The notes beneath the pieces were generated by a model. It saw only the letters and a list, made by a program, of their open reading frames with translations, was not told where the DNA came from and did no database searches. A stretch of DNA of 64,000 bases, from NCBI GenBank assembly GCA_029856105.1, contig JAHQWH010000155.1, positions 71,699 to 135,698 of the forward strand, in the 5' to 3' direction. Below, in pieces: positions 10,278 to 20,542 of this stretch. The DNA is from Promethearchaeia archaeon (GTDB lineage Archaea; Asgardarchaeota; Lokiarchaeia; Sigyniarchaeales; SOKP01). The first letter of the stretch is position 1. The number at the start of each line of letters is the position of its first letter. The translations under genes and the position numbers were made by a program.

Positions 10278-11093
10278 ATGAGTAAAGGTTTTAGACTTTT
10301 AAGGGTTGAATATCTTTTTTCTGTGCTCGTTCCTTGTTTATTGAGCATATATTTAAACAATTACGATGTTTTTGCTCACATTTGGATACTAGCTGGATTT
10401 GGGTTTTATGCCATTACGGGAAACACGCTCAATGATGTAATCGATATGGAAGATCCAAACGAAAAGGAGACGCTAGAAAGAGTACAGGGTTATCGACGAA
10501 AAGAAATATTCACAATTTCTTTGGCAAGTTTTTTATTAGGGACCGTATGTTTCATGAATAGTATCGTAGCAAACCCACTCTTAGGAGTTTATTTAGCTAT
10601 CATCGTTATTTCCGTAATTTTTTATTGCCTATTTAAATCGCTGGTTATTATTAACCATATTATTTTAGGAATATCGCATATTTTTTTACCTTATTTTATG
10701 ATAAAAATCAACGCTGGCGATATTTCTATGAATTACTTTCCTAATCTAACTTTATTTGAGTTATTAATATTACTCACTATAGCTTCTGTGGCATTTTCCG
10801 GTCAAATGCTTCACGAAATGATTGATGGAGATTCGTTATCAAAATTATCTCCAAAAGCTTCACGATTAATAATCTGGATATCATCTATAATATCGCTGAC
10901 AATCGCTATAGTTTCGTTAGTTGTTACTCAATACATTATATTTCTACCAGTAGTCTTCTTTCCTTTTGGAATAATGTATATTTTTAGGAAAATTCGAACG
11001 GATTTAGCCGGTAGAAGCTCGTTAAAAGATGTAGGAATCATATTAGGAAATCTTACTTTCTTTTATATTATAATTTTAATCATAGCACCTTAA
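10278..11093 (+). CDS. UbiA-family prenyltransferase (divergent)
   Basis: Polytopic membrane protein with NTLNDVID (NDxxD) first motif and a second acidic motif HEMIDGD. Confidence 0.7.
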   Translation: MSKGFRLLRVEYLFSVLVPCLLSIYLNNYDVFAHIWILAGFGFYAITGNTLNDVIDMEDPNEKETLERVQGYRRKEIFTISLASFLLGTVCFMNSIVANPLLGVYLAIIVISVIFYCLFKSLVIINHIILGISHIFLPYFMIKINAGDISMNYFPNLTLFELLILLTIASVAFSGQMLHEMIDGDSLSKLSPKASRLIIWISSIISLTIAIVSLVVTQYIIFLPVVFFPFGIMYIFRKIRTDLAGRSSLKDVGIILGNLTFFYIIILIIAP

Positions 11094-11203
11094 AAAACCA
11101 TCTGTAATAATGATTTTAAAAGATTATATACTTTTAAGCCAATAATAATTAAGTGAATTATTAAAATCAAGAAGAGATAAAGAATAAAATAATTGAGTTT
11201 GAA

Positions 11204-12472
11204 ATGACTAAAATTGAACCTGTTGATAGAGATTTTTTTTCTCCGTTTAATGAAGAAGCTTGCACTCTATGTGGAGAATGTTTTCATAATTGCCCCGTAA
11301 TGGGACTTTCTATTGAAGAATCTATTGAGGAAATGAAAAAATTAATCGCTGGGAATGAAACAAAACGAGTGCTAAAAGAATGTCAAAGTTGTCATTCATG
11401 TAATTTTTATTGCCCTGAAAATGCTCGTCCTGCAGAGTTGATTTTGCAGAGATGGAATGAAAAATATAAAGAAGAGGGGTTAAGAATCCGTGGGAAGTAT
11501 TACATGACGCTTTATCCGCACTACCCTAACTTCCGATCTTACGTTATGGACCACATGCCTAAAAAAACAAAAGAACTTGTTAAATCATGGGCAGATTTAT
11601 CTCCTTTAAAAGGCGACACGCTTACTTATCCAGGATGTAACATAATTACATATGCCGAGTTAACGCAAACAAGCTTTTTTAAGGATCTAGACATTAGGGG
11701 TAGGCTTGAATATTGTTGTGGAGAAACACTATTTCGAACGGGATACGAGGACGAGTTATTTCAAGTTACTAAGAGGTTAGATAAATGGTTTAATATATTA
11801 AAACCTAAGAATTTGCTAGTTTTGTGTACAGCAGGAACTAATGTTTTCAAAAATGTACTACCTCATTATGGATTAACCTATAAATTTGATTCTATTAAAT
11901 CTTATATCCAATATTTATGGGAAAAAATAGAAAATGGTACAATTCAAATTACTAATAAATTAGATATGATGGTTTCAATTCAAGATTCTTGTTATTCAAA
12001 AATGTTTGGAGATGACTACATGGATTTACCTCGAAAAATTTTAGAAGCAATTGGGGTAAAAGTAATCGAAATCGAAACATGTCGCGAAAATATGAGGTGC
12101 TGTGGAATTGGGGGTGGATTTTCTATGGATTCAGCGTATCACACAATGAAAATAAGATCAGCAACAATGAGAAACATAAAAGAATTTAAAAAAGTAAAAG
12201 TTGATGCGCTTTGTGTATATTGTGCAGGATGTCTCGCTACTTATAGTACAGCTAAAAAATTATATTTAGGGAAAATAAAAATCTATCATATTATCGAATT
12301 ATTACAAATGGCATGTGGAGAGAAGCCAATGTCTAATAAAGCAAAGAAAAAAAGAGCTAAGCACTTCTTCTGGGGGATCATGAAAAAGCAACTTCCGAAA
12401 TTGCCTTCGAAAAAAACATTTAAAATAGCAGATCTACCAGAAGATCCACCACCGTATAGCGAGGCGTATTAA
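11204..12472 (+). CDS. Fe-S oxidoreductase, HdrD/GlpC-like (2x[4Fe-4S] + two CCG domains)
   Basis: CTLCGECFHNCP, CQSCHSCNFYCP, YPGC, CCGE, QDSC, CCGIGGG, CAGC. Confidence 0.88.
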   Translation: MTKIEPVDRDFFSPFNEEACTLCGECFHNCPVMGLSIEESIEEMKKLIAGNETKRVLKECQSCHSCNFYCPENARPAELILQRWNEKYKEEGLRIRGKYYMTLYPHYPNFRSYVMDHMPKKTKELVKSWADLSPLKGDTLTYPGCNIITYAELTQTSFFKDLDIRGRLEYCCGETLFRTGYEDELFQVTKRLDKWFNILKPKNLLVLCTAGTNVFKNVLPHYGLTYKFDSIKSYIQYLWEKIENGTIQITNKLDMMVSIQDSCYSKMFGDDYMDLPRKILEAIGVKVIEIETCRENMRCCGIGGGFSMDSAYHTMKIRSATMRNIKEFKKVKVDALCVYCAGCLATYSTAKKLYLGKIKIYHIIELLQMACGEKPMSNKAKKKRAKHFFWGIMKKQLPKLPSKKTFKIADLPEDPPPYSEAY

Positions 12473-12474
12473 AA

Positions 12475-13833
12475 ATGGTGGAAATTAAAAGAACTCCGGC
12501 TTTCAGAGAAGACTTATGTGATTTGTGTGGGCTTTGTTTTCATCTATGTCCAGTTCTACAATTACCTTTGGATGAAGCAAAAGAAGAGATTCAAAATTTA
12601 ATCGAAGGTCGAAAGTCAAATTATGTACTTGAAAAATGCAATACTTGTTTATCTTGCAATCTATACTGCCCTCAAAACGCTAATCCATATCAATTGATAC
12701 TCGAGAGATGGAATGATTTGTATAAAGAGAGAGGTGCGCCTCCCCTTTACTATTTTGTTTGTCCCACTGAAGATCGTAACATTTGGCAACTTCTAAATTT
12801 GTTTTTATCTAATCGAGAAAGAAGATGGATATACAGGTGGATGCATTACATCCCTAAGAACGAGGATACTGTTTTGTTAATTGGAAACTATACACATATA
12901 TTCCCATTTATCATTGGGGGTAGTAGATTGCTTGATTGCTTCAAACCTATTGATCGGATCGACCAATGGGAAGGAGGTGCTTACTTATACCAAGGAGGAT
13001 ATTTAGATATTGTAAAAAAGATAGCTGAGAGGACAAAAAGAGATTTTGATAGTTGGGGCGTTAAAAATGTTGTTGCCACATTAGATGCTGTTGAGTATTT
13101 CTTCAAGGAAGTCCACCCGAAGGAAATGGGGGTGAAACACGATCAGAATTTTATAAATTTTCATCGCTGGTTATTGGATAATATTAGCTCTGGAGAAATC
13201 AATCTTCAAAACCAACTTAATCTAACGGTTACCGTTCACGATAACTGCTTTTCTAAAGCACTAGGAGGATATTGGGAGGAACCAAGAACAATATTGGAGA
13301 AATGCGGTTGTAAAATACTTGAGATGAAACATATTAAAAAAGATTCCTTATGTTGCGGGTTTGGAGCCGGGGCATCGTGGGTTAAGAATATTTCTCTACC
13401 TTTTGATATGATCTCTGAAGGAGTAAAAAAATTTAAGGAAGCAGAAGAGACCGGCGCAAAAGCACTAATAACTTACTGTGGAGGATGTCTTTATTTAATG
13501 TGGGCTACTAAGGAGTTGTTGAGAAGTAAAATAGATTTATATCATATCATTGAAATTGTCAGAATGGCAATGGGCGAAGAATTAGATTACCCTAAAGATC
13601 ACATTAAACGAGCCTGGGATGTCGTTGCGATTATTACTTACTCTTTGCTACTATCGTCTTTTAAGAAAAACTTTTATATAAGAAGCATAACATACGACAA
13701 AGATTTTAGCACATATAAACCGAAGAAATATTTACTATTAAGGTTGATAAGGTATCTGTTTGATTTCAAGTTAATTAGAATCGTTTACGCTAAAATATTT
13801 AGGTTAATGATGCCGATTATGAAGACTCGATAA
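12475..13833 (+). CDS. Fe-S oxidoreductase, HdrD/GlpC-like paralog (first CCG domain degenerate)
   Basis: CDLCGLCFHLCP, CNTCLSCNLYCP, HDNC, CCGFGAG, CGGC; first CCG position reads WEGG. Confidence 0.85.
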   Translation: MVEIKRTPAFREDLCDLCGLCFHLCPVLQLPLDEAKEEIQNLIEGRKSNYVLEKCNTCLSCNLYCPQNANPYQLILERWNDLYKERGAPPLYYFVCPTEDRNIWQLLNLFLSNRERRWIYRWMHYIPKNEDTVLLIGNYTHIFPFIIGGSRLLDCFKPIDRIDQWEGGAYLYQGGYLDIVKKIAERTKRDFDSWGVKNVVATLDAVEYFFKEVHPKEMGVKHDQNFINFHRWLLDNISSGEINLQNQLNLTVTVHDNCFSKALGGYWEEPRTILEKCGCKILEMKHIKKDSLCCGFGAGASWVKNISLPFDMISEGVKKFKEAEETGAKALITYCGGCLYLMWATKELLRSKIDLYHIIEIVRMAMGEELDYPKDHIKRAWDVVAIITYSLLLSSFKKNFYIRSITYDKDFSTYKPKKYLLLRLIRYLFDFKLIRIVYAKIFRLMMPIMKTR

Positions 13834-14004
13834 AATATAATTTTATATTTTCTATATTGTTTAATTATTAATGTTATAAATATCGGCGAAACTATAGAAT
13901 TTATTGATTATCATTTACAATTTCACAAAAATGATTAAGAAATATGAATGGAAATTATAATCTCCTGATAAATATCATTTAAATATTGTATAAATTGTGT
14001 TCAG

Positions 14005-15054
14005 ATGGATTTAATTAATCAAAAATTTCTAAGAGAAGCAAGATTTTATGAAAAAATCAATGAAAAATTCTCCCAATGCCTAAGTTGTGAAAGAAAATGC
14101 AAAATAGCAAAAGGAAAAGTTGGTTTTTGTCAAACTCGAATTAATATAGCCGGAGTTATCTATACAATTGTTTATGGATTAATTCCTGCTTTATCTTTCA
14201 ATCCTATAGAAAAAAAACCATTATTTCATTATCATCCTGGAAGTACAGCTATAACCGTTGGTACTTATGGATGCAACTTCAATTGTTTTTGGTGTCAAAA
14301 TCACCATATTTCACATCCTAAAGAAAATATTGTTGATTTGGCCAGAAAGGCAAAAGATTATCTTTCCCCAGAAAAAGTAATCGAGCTAGCTATAAAAAAT
14401 AATTGCCAGGGAACATCAATCTCGTTTAATGAGCCTACACTACTATTTGAATATTCCTTAGATGTTTTTAAATTAGCAAAAAAGGAAGGGCTATACAATA
14501 CATATGTTACTAATGGATATATGACTGAGGAAGTATTAAAAGAATTGGTGAAAAGCGGATTAGATGCCATGAATATAGATATTAAAGGTGATAGTTTTAT
14601 GGTCAAAAGATATTGTGATAGCGACATAGAAAATGTATGGAGAAATGCAAAATTAGCGAAAAATCATGGCGTACACATAGAAATAACAACACTTCTTATC
14701 GAAGATTTTAACACCGATGAAAAAATAATTAAATCAATTTCAGAAAGGATAATTACTGATCTGGGAAAAGAAACTCCATTTCATATTACTCGTTTTTTTC
14801 CACATTACAAATCTCATGAACATGGTCTTATTAATCCAACTCCAATAAAAACTTTATATAAAGCATATGATATCGCAAAAAAAATCGGTTTAGAATTTGT
14901 TTATTTAGGAAATTTGCCTAATTCGAAATACGAAAACACTTATTGTCCTAAATGTTCAAATTTAGTTATTGAACGATCTGGATTTGAAATTAATAGAGTT
15001 TTTTTGAATTCTCATGGAAATTGTAAATTTTGTGGAAGAAATATTTCCAAATGA
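14005..15054 (+). CDS. AmmeMemoRadiSam-system radical SAM enzyme
   Basis: PIEKKPLFHYHPG, GCNFNCFWCQN (CxxxCxxC), NEPT, NID.KG, C-terminal YLGN...TYCPKC. Confidence 0.9.
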   Translation: MDLINQKFLREARFYEKINEKFSQCLSCERKCKIAKGKVGFCQTRINIAGVIYTIVYGLIPALSFNPIEKKPLFHYHPGSTAITVGTYGCNFNCFWCQNHHISHPKENIVDLARKAKDYLSPEKVIELAIKNNCQGTSISFNEPTLLFEYSLDVFKLAKKEGLYNTYVTNGYMTEEVLKELVKSGLDAMNIDIKGDSFMVKRYCDSDIENVWRNAKLAKNHGVHIEITTLLIEDFNTDEKIIKSISERIITDLGKETPFHITRFFPHYKSHEHGLINPTPIKTLYKAYDIAKKIGLEFVYLGNLPNSKYENTYCPKCSNLVIERSGFEINRVFLNSHGNCKFCGRNISK

Positions 15055-15281
15055 AACTAAGGGTTTTTAAAAAAAATTCCTTTATAAATGTTTTTTATTG
15101 AAATTCTGTGTAGAGATACCATTTATATATGGACTAAAAATATAATTTAATTACAAAAGGCCGAAAATCGGTAAATTTTAGTTATTCACAGCTAAAATTA
15201 TGCTTTATAATGCAATTCTAAAGAAATCTAATAATTAATTAAAAAATTACATCTAATAGCGTAAAAAGGAGGGGGAAAATT

Positions 15282-16514
15282 ATATCTGATACTATTTCTA
15301 AAAAAAAAATTGAATATATCCAACAAAAAGACGAATTTGACTATTTAAAAAGCTTAATAGATTCTCTTGATAAGGGTAATTGTATAGGAATTTTACTACA
15401 AGGTCCACCAGGCACAGGGAAGACCTTGTTAGCAATTTCACTTGCTAAGGAATATAAAGCTTCTTACTATATTATTGACGGGTCACCTGACCTTGATAGA
15501 AGAGATATTGAAGGTAATTGGGAACTTTTAAAGGGCGAAACTAAATTTAATTATGGCCCTCTTACTTTAGCCATTAAGGATGCAAATAATGAAGGAATAG
15601 CTTTTATTATTATTAATGAAATTAACGCTATTCGCGAAAATGAACAAATATCGTTAAATTCTCTTCTATCCGAAAATCATATCAACTTAATTTCAAAGGG
15701 TTTTGAAAAACACGAATTAAATTCTGAAAGTAAATTAATCATTATAGGAACTATGAATAAAGGGGTTATTGGTATTAATAAATTACAAGAAGCCTTTGAA
15801 GATCGCTTTATTATAACCCCTGAAATATCTTATCCGTTAAAAAACAAAGAAATTGATATTGCGAGCCAAATCTCGGGATGTAAGAAAAAGATTGCAGAGA
15901 TTGTTGTAGATGCTGCCCGCCAAATTAGGAAACAGGCGATTCAGGATTATTCTATAACAAAAATATTTTCAACTCGCTTAGTAGTAAATTTCTGCATGTT
16001 AATTTCTCTGATGCCCCCTAAATACTTAAAACACAACATCGAAAATGTAATCATCAATAAACTCGGAACTACTACTGAAGAAAAGAAAAGTATCGCCATG
16101 ATACTTGATGGAAAGATGTTCGAGACCAAGTTAAAGGAAGAATTAATAAGTAAAAAGACAACTATAAAGAGCTGGGATTGTAAGTTAGATAAAGATTCAC
16201 TCGACCAACTACTTACTAATACTAAAGCATGTTTTACTAATTATATTAGTAAATATGGTCGATCAAATGCGTTTAGACATAACGGAAATATAATGTGGAA
16301 ATTGATTCAATGGATGTGGTTAAATAAAAGGGAAACTTTACAAAATTATTTTCAATTGACAGAGGTTCTAAGCCTACATACACAATACAAGCAAGAAACA
16401 GGAAAAGACTACATTTACAACGGAAATATTACCTTAAATTATATAAAGTGGATATATCAGCATAATCCCGAAGATTTAAAGAAGTTTATGAAAGAATTAT
16501 ATCCTGTTTTATAA
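15282..16514 (+). CDS. MoxR/CbbQ/NorQ-type AAA+ ATPase (start extended upstream of ORF-track call)
   Basis: In-frame upstream codons encode the Walker A LLQGPPGTGKT immediately before the track's TTG at 15426; also GPL..A, GTMN, LQEAFEDRF, STR motifs. Start is uncertain (ATT 15279 or ATA 15282). Confidence 0.85.
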   Translation: MSDTISKKKIEYIQQKDEFDYLKSLIDSLDKGNCIGILLQGPPGTGKTLLAISLAKEYKASYYIIDGSPDLDRRDIEGNWELLKGETKFNYGPLTLAIKDANNEGIAFIIINEINAIRENEQISLNSLLSENHINLISKGFEKHELNSESKLIIIGTMNKGVIGINKLQEAFEDRFIITPEISYPLKNKEIDIASQISGCKKKIAEIVVDAARQIRKQAIQDYSITKIFSTRLVVNFCMLISLMPPKYLKHNIENVIINKLGTTTEEKKSIAMILDGKMFETKLKEELISKKTTIKSWDCKLDKDSLDQLLTNTKACFTNYISKYGRSNAFRHNGNIMWKLIQWMWLNKRETLQNYFQLTEVLSLHTQYKQETGKDYIYNGNITLNYIKWIYQHNPEDLKKFMKELYPVL

Positions 16515-16564
16515 CTTAAAATATATATAAATTACATAAAATCAAATTAAAAAGCTGCGTAATC

Positions 16565-18634
16565 TTGTTAACTGAATTAATAGACCTTTTTGAAAGGGAT
16601 TTTACATCCGATGTATTTGCTTTAACTAATATTGGAAAACGGATTAGTGGAAACAAGGATATAATGATACAGTATATAGGCAATATCCCTGCAGTTTATA
16701 CTGATTGCAAATTTATATATTTACCTGACAAATTTAAAGAGGATATAAAAGCGGCTCAAGGGCTTGTTGCTCACGAAAGCGGTCACATAGGATACGGTTC
16801 ATTCGAACTAGGATTGATAAAATTGATTGATGGCCTTACTAAAAAATACAAATTACCACCGCTCTTTATTAAAAATTTAATTAATGTCGTTGAAGATGTA
16901 AGAATTAATGGTATTAATGATAAAAAATTCCCTGGTTTTTATAGAAATTTGAGGGAGTTAACACTTAAGATGTTACCACAAATTAAATCATCAATTAAAT
17001 CGAACAATGACATATTATTATATATCAATTTGTATATGGAAGATTTCGACGAGTTCCAAAAAAAACCAAGTATAGGAATGTTCAATCTAAGTGAAAAAGA
17101 TTGGAAAGGGGTTTTGAAGGTTAAAAAATTTCTTTTAAAGTCATTAAGCCCTAGTGCATCTATTATTTCGTGTGATGTGTTATGCAACATTCTCAAAAAG
17201 TATTTCCCTGAAGAAGATTCGGGTTCGGCACAAAAGAAAGGTAATCCCAATCCCAATCCTAATATGAAACCTAATCCTAAAATGAACCCCCATCCTCAAA
17301 TGAAAACTATCAACCATATGGAAATAAATGCTCGAAATAAAAAAAAAAAAGAAAAAACGGATTTAGATAAAATAAGTGAAAAGCTCATAGAAAAACTAAA
17401 AGATACTAAGTTAAGTCCCGAGGATTTAGACGATTTAAAGGACCCTGCTGAAAATTTAAATCCTAAAGGGAATAAAAGCCGTAAAGAAAAAGATAGGGCC
17501 CAAAAAAGAAGTAAAAACAAAAAGAACAAGAAAGGAGACGGAGAAATAGATAAAGAATGTGATAAAAATAATCAAAGTAAAGATGCAAAGGAATCTGATA
17601 AAAAATTTAAAAATAGTTCTCAAGATGATGAACTTGATGATCTCATCAAAAAAAAATTTAATTTGGACGATTTAAAAAAAGATTTAAAACCAAGGAAAGA
17701 AGGTCATACCTCCATTAACAATGAAAGAAAAAAAGATAACTTTATAACAGAAATTAGAAAACTTGTTAAGAACGCGGATGACGCTATGAAAGAACGACTA
17801 TTGATTTTAGGGGGAGGTAAATATTTTATCAGTTCAAGTAAGTGTGAACGTGAAAGAAAAGTAATCAATGTTAAAATTGAAAGTCAGAAAATGTGTCCTG
17901 ACACTATGACTTATGTCCAAATTAAGGCTAAATATCATGGGATAATCAAAAAAATGAAGTTAATTTTTGCTGACTTGAAAAATAAAGCTGCGGTTGATAC
18001 ATTTCAAAAGAAAGGGAGGCTAAATAACAAATATATAAAGGCAGTTACCAGTGATTATCAATTTAAGCAATGCTTTACAAGAAAAATAATAAAAAAAGAA
18101 TTGAGGTTGCTACTAATAGTAGATATTAGTGGAAGCATGAAGGGTGTTAAGATTCGAGCAGCAAAAATAGCAATGGTCATGTTGTATGAAGCGCTTGAAG
18201 ATTTGGCGAAAATTAGAATAGTTCTGTTTACAGGCAGATATGACGCTTTGAATATTTTGGTGAAGGATTTTAACGAGCCTCTTAAACTTAATTATTTTGA
18301 TAAGTTTGGTTGTCACCAAACTTCTCGTCAAAATTTAGATGGAATTTCAATAAAACACGAGTCTGAAAGACTGGAAAAGAACGATCTCATAATAGTCGTT
18401 TCAGATGGGCAACCCTCGGCAGACGGGGGATATAGCTTGTTTGATGCGATACCCGATATTCATGATGTTAGAAAACGTTTCAAAATATTTGCGTTTTCTA
18501 TAGATTCTCAAGGTGATTATTTGAACAAAATGTATGGTAAAGATTGGATACTAACAAGTTCTCGAAAAGAATTAGAGTTAGGCAATAAAATGCTGAAATT
18601 TTGCCAAATAATCGTAAAAGAATTTTACAGATAA
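16565..18634 (+). CDS. vWA-domain partner protein (CobT/NorD/CbbO-like) with N-terminal HExxH domain
   Basis: AHESGH and NVVEDVRI in the N-terminal domain, charged low-complexity linker, MIDAS DISGSM ... SDGQP. Confidence 0.85.
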   Translation: MLTELIDLFERDFTSDVFALTNIGKRISGNKDIMIQYIGNIPAVYTDCKFIYLPDKFKEDIKAAQGLVAHESGHIGYGSFELGLIKLIDGLTKKYKLPPLFIKNLINVVEDVRINGINDKKFPGFYRNLRELTLKMLPQIKSSIKSNNDILLYINLYMEDFDEFQKKPSIGMFNLSEKDWKGVLKVKKFLLKSLSPSASIISCDVLCNILKKYFPEEDSGSAQKKGNPNPNPNMKPNPKMNPHPQMKTINHMEINARNKKKKEKTDLDKISEKLIEKLKDTKLSPEDLDDLKDPAENLNPKGNKSRKEKDRAQKRSKNKKNKKGDGEIDKECDKNNQSKDAKESDKKFKNSSQDDELDDLIKKKFNLDDLKKDLKPRKEGHTSINNERKKDNFITEIRKLVKNADDAMKERLLILGGGKYFISSSKCERERKVINVKIESQKMCPDTMTYVQIKAKYHGIIKKMKLIFADLKNKAAVDTFQKKGRLNNKYIKAVTSDYQFKQCFTRKIIKKELRLLLIVDISGSMKGVKIRAAKIAMVMLYEALEDLAKIRIVLFTGRYDALNILVKDFNEPLKLNYFDKFGCHQTSRQNLDGISIKHESERLEKNDLIIVVSDGQPSADGGYSLFDAIPDIHDVRKRFKIFAFSIDSQGDYLNKMYGKDWILTSSRKELELGNKMLKFCQIIVKEFYR

Positions 18635-18730
18635 AGGTTATAAATATATTAAAATGGTAGAAATATCAAACACAGATTTTATAATTTTATTAAAATAATT
18701 GAAAGAAAGATTAATAATTTATTTCATAAC

Positions 18731-19501
18731 TCATAGATACTTTTTCAACCACATTACCGTATTAGTGATAAATTCTTTCAGAAATTTTGCTTCAAAATCA
18801 TGGGTTGCGTTTTGTATTTCTATAAGCTTATTATTCTCATCTTTGGGTAACAATTGGAATGCTTTTCTTGTAAATTCTAGGGGAACTGACTCGTCCGAGG
18901 TGCCTTGCACTATAAGAGTAGGAGAATCTAGTTTCTTTAAAGAAGGTTTTACCCTAAATTTTGCAAAATCTGTCATAAAACTAAGATCAATTACGATAGG
19001 CTCACCATCTCCAGATGAGGGAATTTTTACAGGTCCTTTGTTTAAATCCTTAAACCAATCAGTTTGGTCTTCTGATGAATGAACAAAGAAGTACGGTGCC
19101 CAAAATATATACGTTATAATACCTGGTAAATTTGCTTTTAATGCTGTAATACCACCATATGAAAGGCCCAATACAGCAATTCTTGAATATCCTTGATTCT
19201 GTACCCAATTATAAACATTTTCGAGATCGTTAGCTTGTTTAGATAATGTAATCGGCTCTCTTTTATTTTCGCCAGAGCCCGAGAAATCAAAGATAAGTAC
19301 ATCATAACCTTCTTTATTTAAAGCTTTAGCTGTTTCAGGAAAGCGCCCCCACTCGTATTTATCCCCTGTAAAACCGTGACACATTATAAGAATGGGAGGT
19401 TTGTCTAAATTACTTTCATGCTTTTCTTCTGAAGTTATATAATGTACTCCATGGAGATCATTCCTATTTATATTAGGGATTAAGACTCTTTTTTCTATCA
19501 T
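18731..19501 (-). CDS. Alpha/beta hydrolase
   Basis: CHGFTG, FDFSGSGE, GLSYGG nucleophile elbow, QGTSDESVP, ATHDF. Confidence 0.9.
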   Translation of the reverse strand: MIEKRVLIPNINRNDLHGVHYITSEEKHESNLDKPPILIMCHGFTGDKYEWGRFPETAKALNKEGYDVLIFDFSGSGENKREPITLSKQANDLENVYNWVQNQGYSRIAVLGLSYGGITALKANLPGIITYIFWAPYFFVHSSEDQTDWFKDLNKGPVKIPSSGDGEPIVIDLSFMTDFAKFRVKPSLKKLDSPTLIVQGTSDESVPLEFTRKAFQLLPKDENNKLIEIQNATHDFEAKFLKEFITNTVMWLKKYL

Positions 19502-19608
19502 AAGACATTCTTCATAATATTCATATTAAAAGTATTAAATTAAAAGTAAAATGATTTTAAAAATTTATTTTTGATTAAACTTATTTTTATTTTATTTTTT
19601 AAGATCTT

Positions 19609-20445
19609 ATGGTAGAAAAATTTGCTGATGCTAACGGTATTAAAATTTGTTATGAAATCCATGGAAAAGGATATCCCGTTGTACTAATACATGGATTTGG
19701 TTCGAAAAAAGAAAGTTTTATGGCTCAAATTCCTATTTTATCCCATAAATTTAAGATTATTTCATTTGATAATAGAGGTGCTGGAAAATCCGACCGTCCA
19801 GACATTCCCTACACTATGGAGATGTTTGCTGACGACATAAGAGGGTTAATGGATTTTTTGAACATTGAAAAAGCTCATTGTATAGGTTTTTCATTAGGAG
19901 GAACGATTTTACAAAATTTTGTATTAAAGTATCCTGAAAGAGTGAATAATTTAGTATTAATCAATTCAATTTCGAAGGTCCCAGAGGGATACGGGCCAGA
20001 GATGTTTATTAATTCTCAACTTAAAGGTTTAGAATTGTTAAAACAAGATCCTGTAAGCGCATTCTGGCATGGTGCTAAAATAGGATTTTATATCAAATTT
20101 AGAAAAGAAATGGAAGCAAACCCTAAGAAGAAATTCTATGGTTTGTGGTCAGTTGAAGGCCTTATAAAATATTATAAAACTACCCCACCAACACCACAAG
20201 ACATTAAAAATTTGGCTTATAGCCTAACGACTCAAAACACTTTTAAAAGATTAAAAGAAGTTGAACTTAAAACGCTAATTCTTACTGCTTCTCATGATAA
20301 ACTTGTCCCAAAATCTCTCATGTTAGAACTTCATAGGGAGATTCCTAACAGTATTTTTAAGGTAATTGACAAGGCAGGACATGAATCTATAAAAGAAAAA
20401 GCTCCTGAAGTAAATAAAATTATATTAAAATTCTTAGAAAATTAA
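19609..20445 (+). CDS. Alpha/beta hydrolase (tandem paralog 1)
   Basis: IHGFG, FDNRGAGKSD, GFSLGG, HD, AGH. Confidence 0.9.
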   Translation: MVEKFADANGIKICYEIHGKGYPVVLIHGFGSKKESFMAQIPILSHKFKIISFDNRGAGKSDRPDIPYTMEMFADDIRGLMDFLNIEKAHCIGFSLGGTILQNFVLKYPERVNNLVLINSISKVPEGYGPEMFINSQLKGLELLKQDPVSAFWHGAKIGFYIKFRKEMEANPKKKFYGLWSVEGLIKYYKTTPPTPQDIKNLAYSLTTQNTFKRLKEVELKTLILTASHDKLVPKSLMLELHREIPNSIFKVIDKAGHESIKEKAPEVNKIILKFLEN

Positions 20446-20542
20446 TGAATAGATTAAAACAATATCTTGATTTAATATATTTAAAATTAATTTTTATGTT
20501 AAGAATAATTTACAACAAATTTTGTAATATAGGGGATTAAAA

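Noticed and set aside
11204-15054. Possible selenocysteine (TGA) read-through in Fe-S proteins
   Set aside because: No in-frame TGA at a Cys position; ORFs are full length and end at expected positions.
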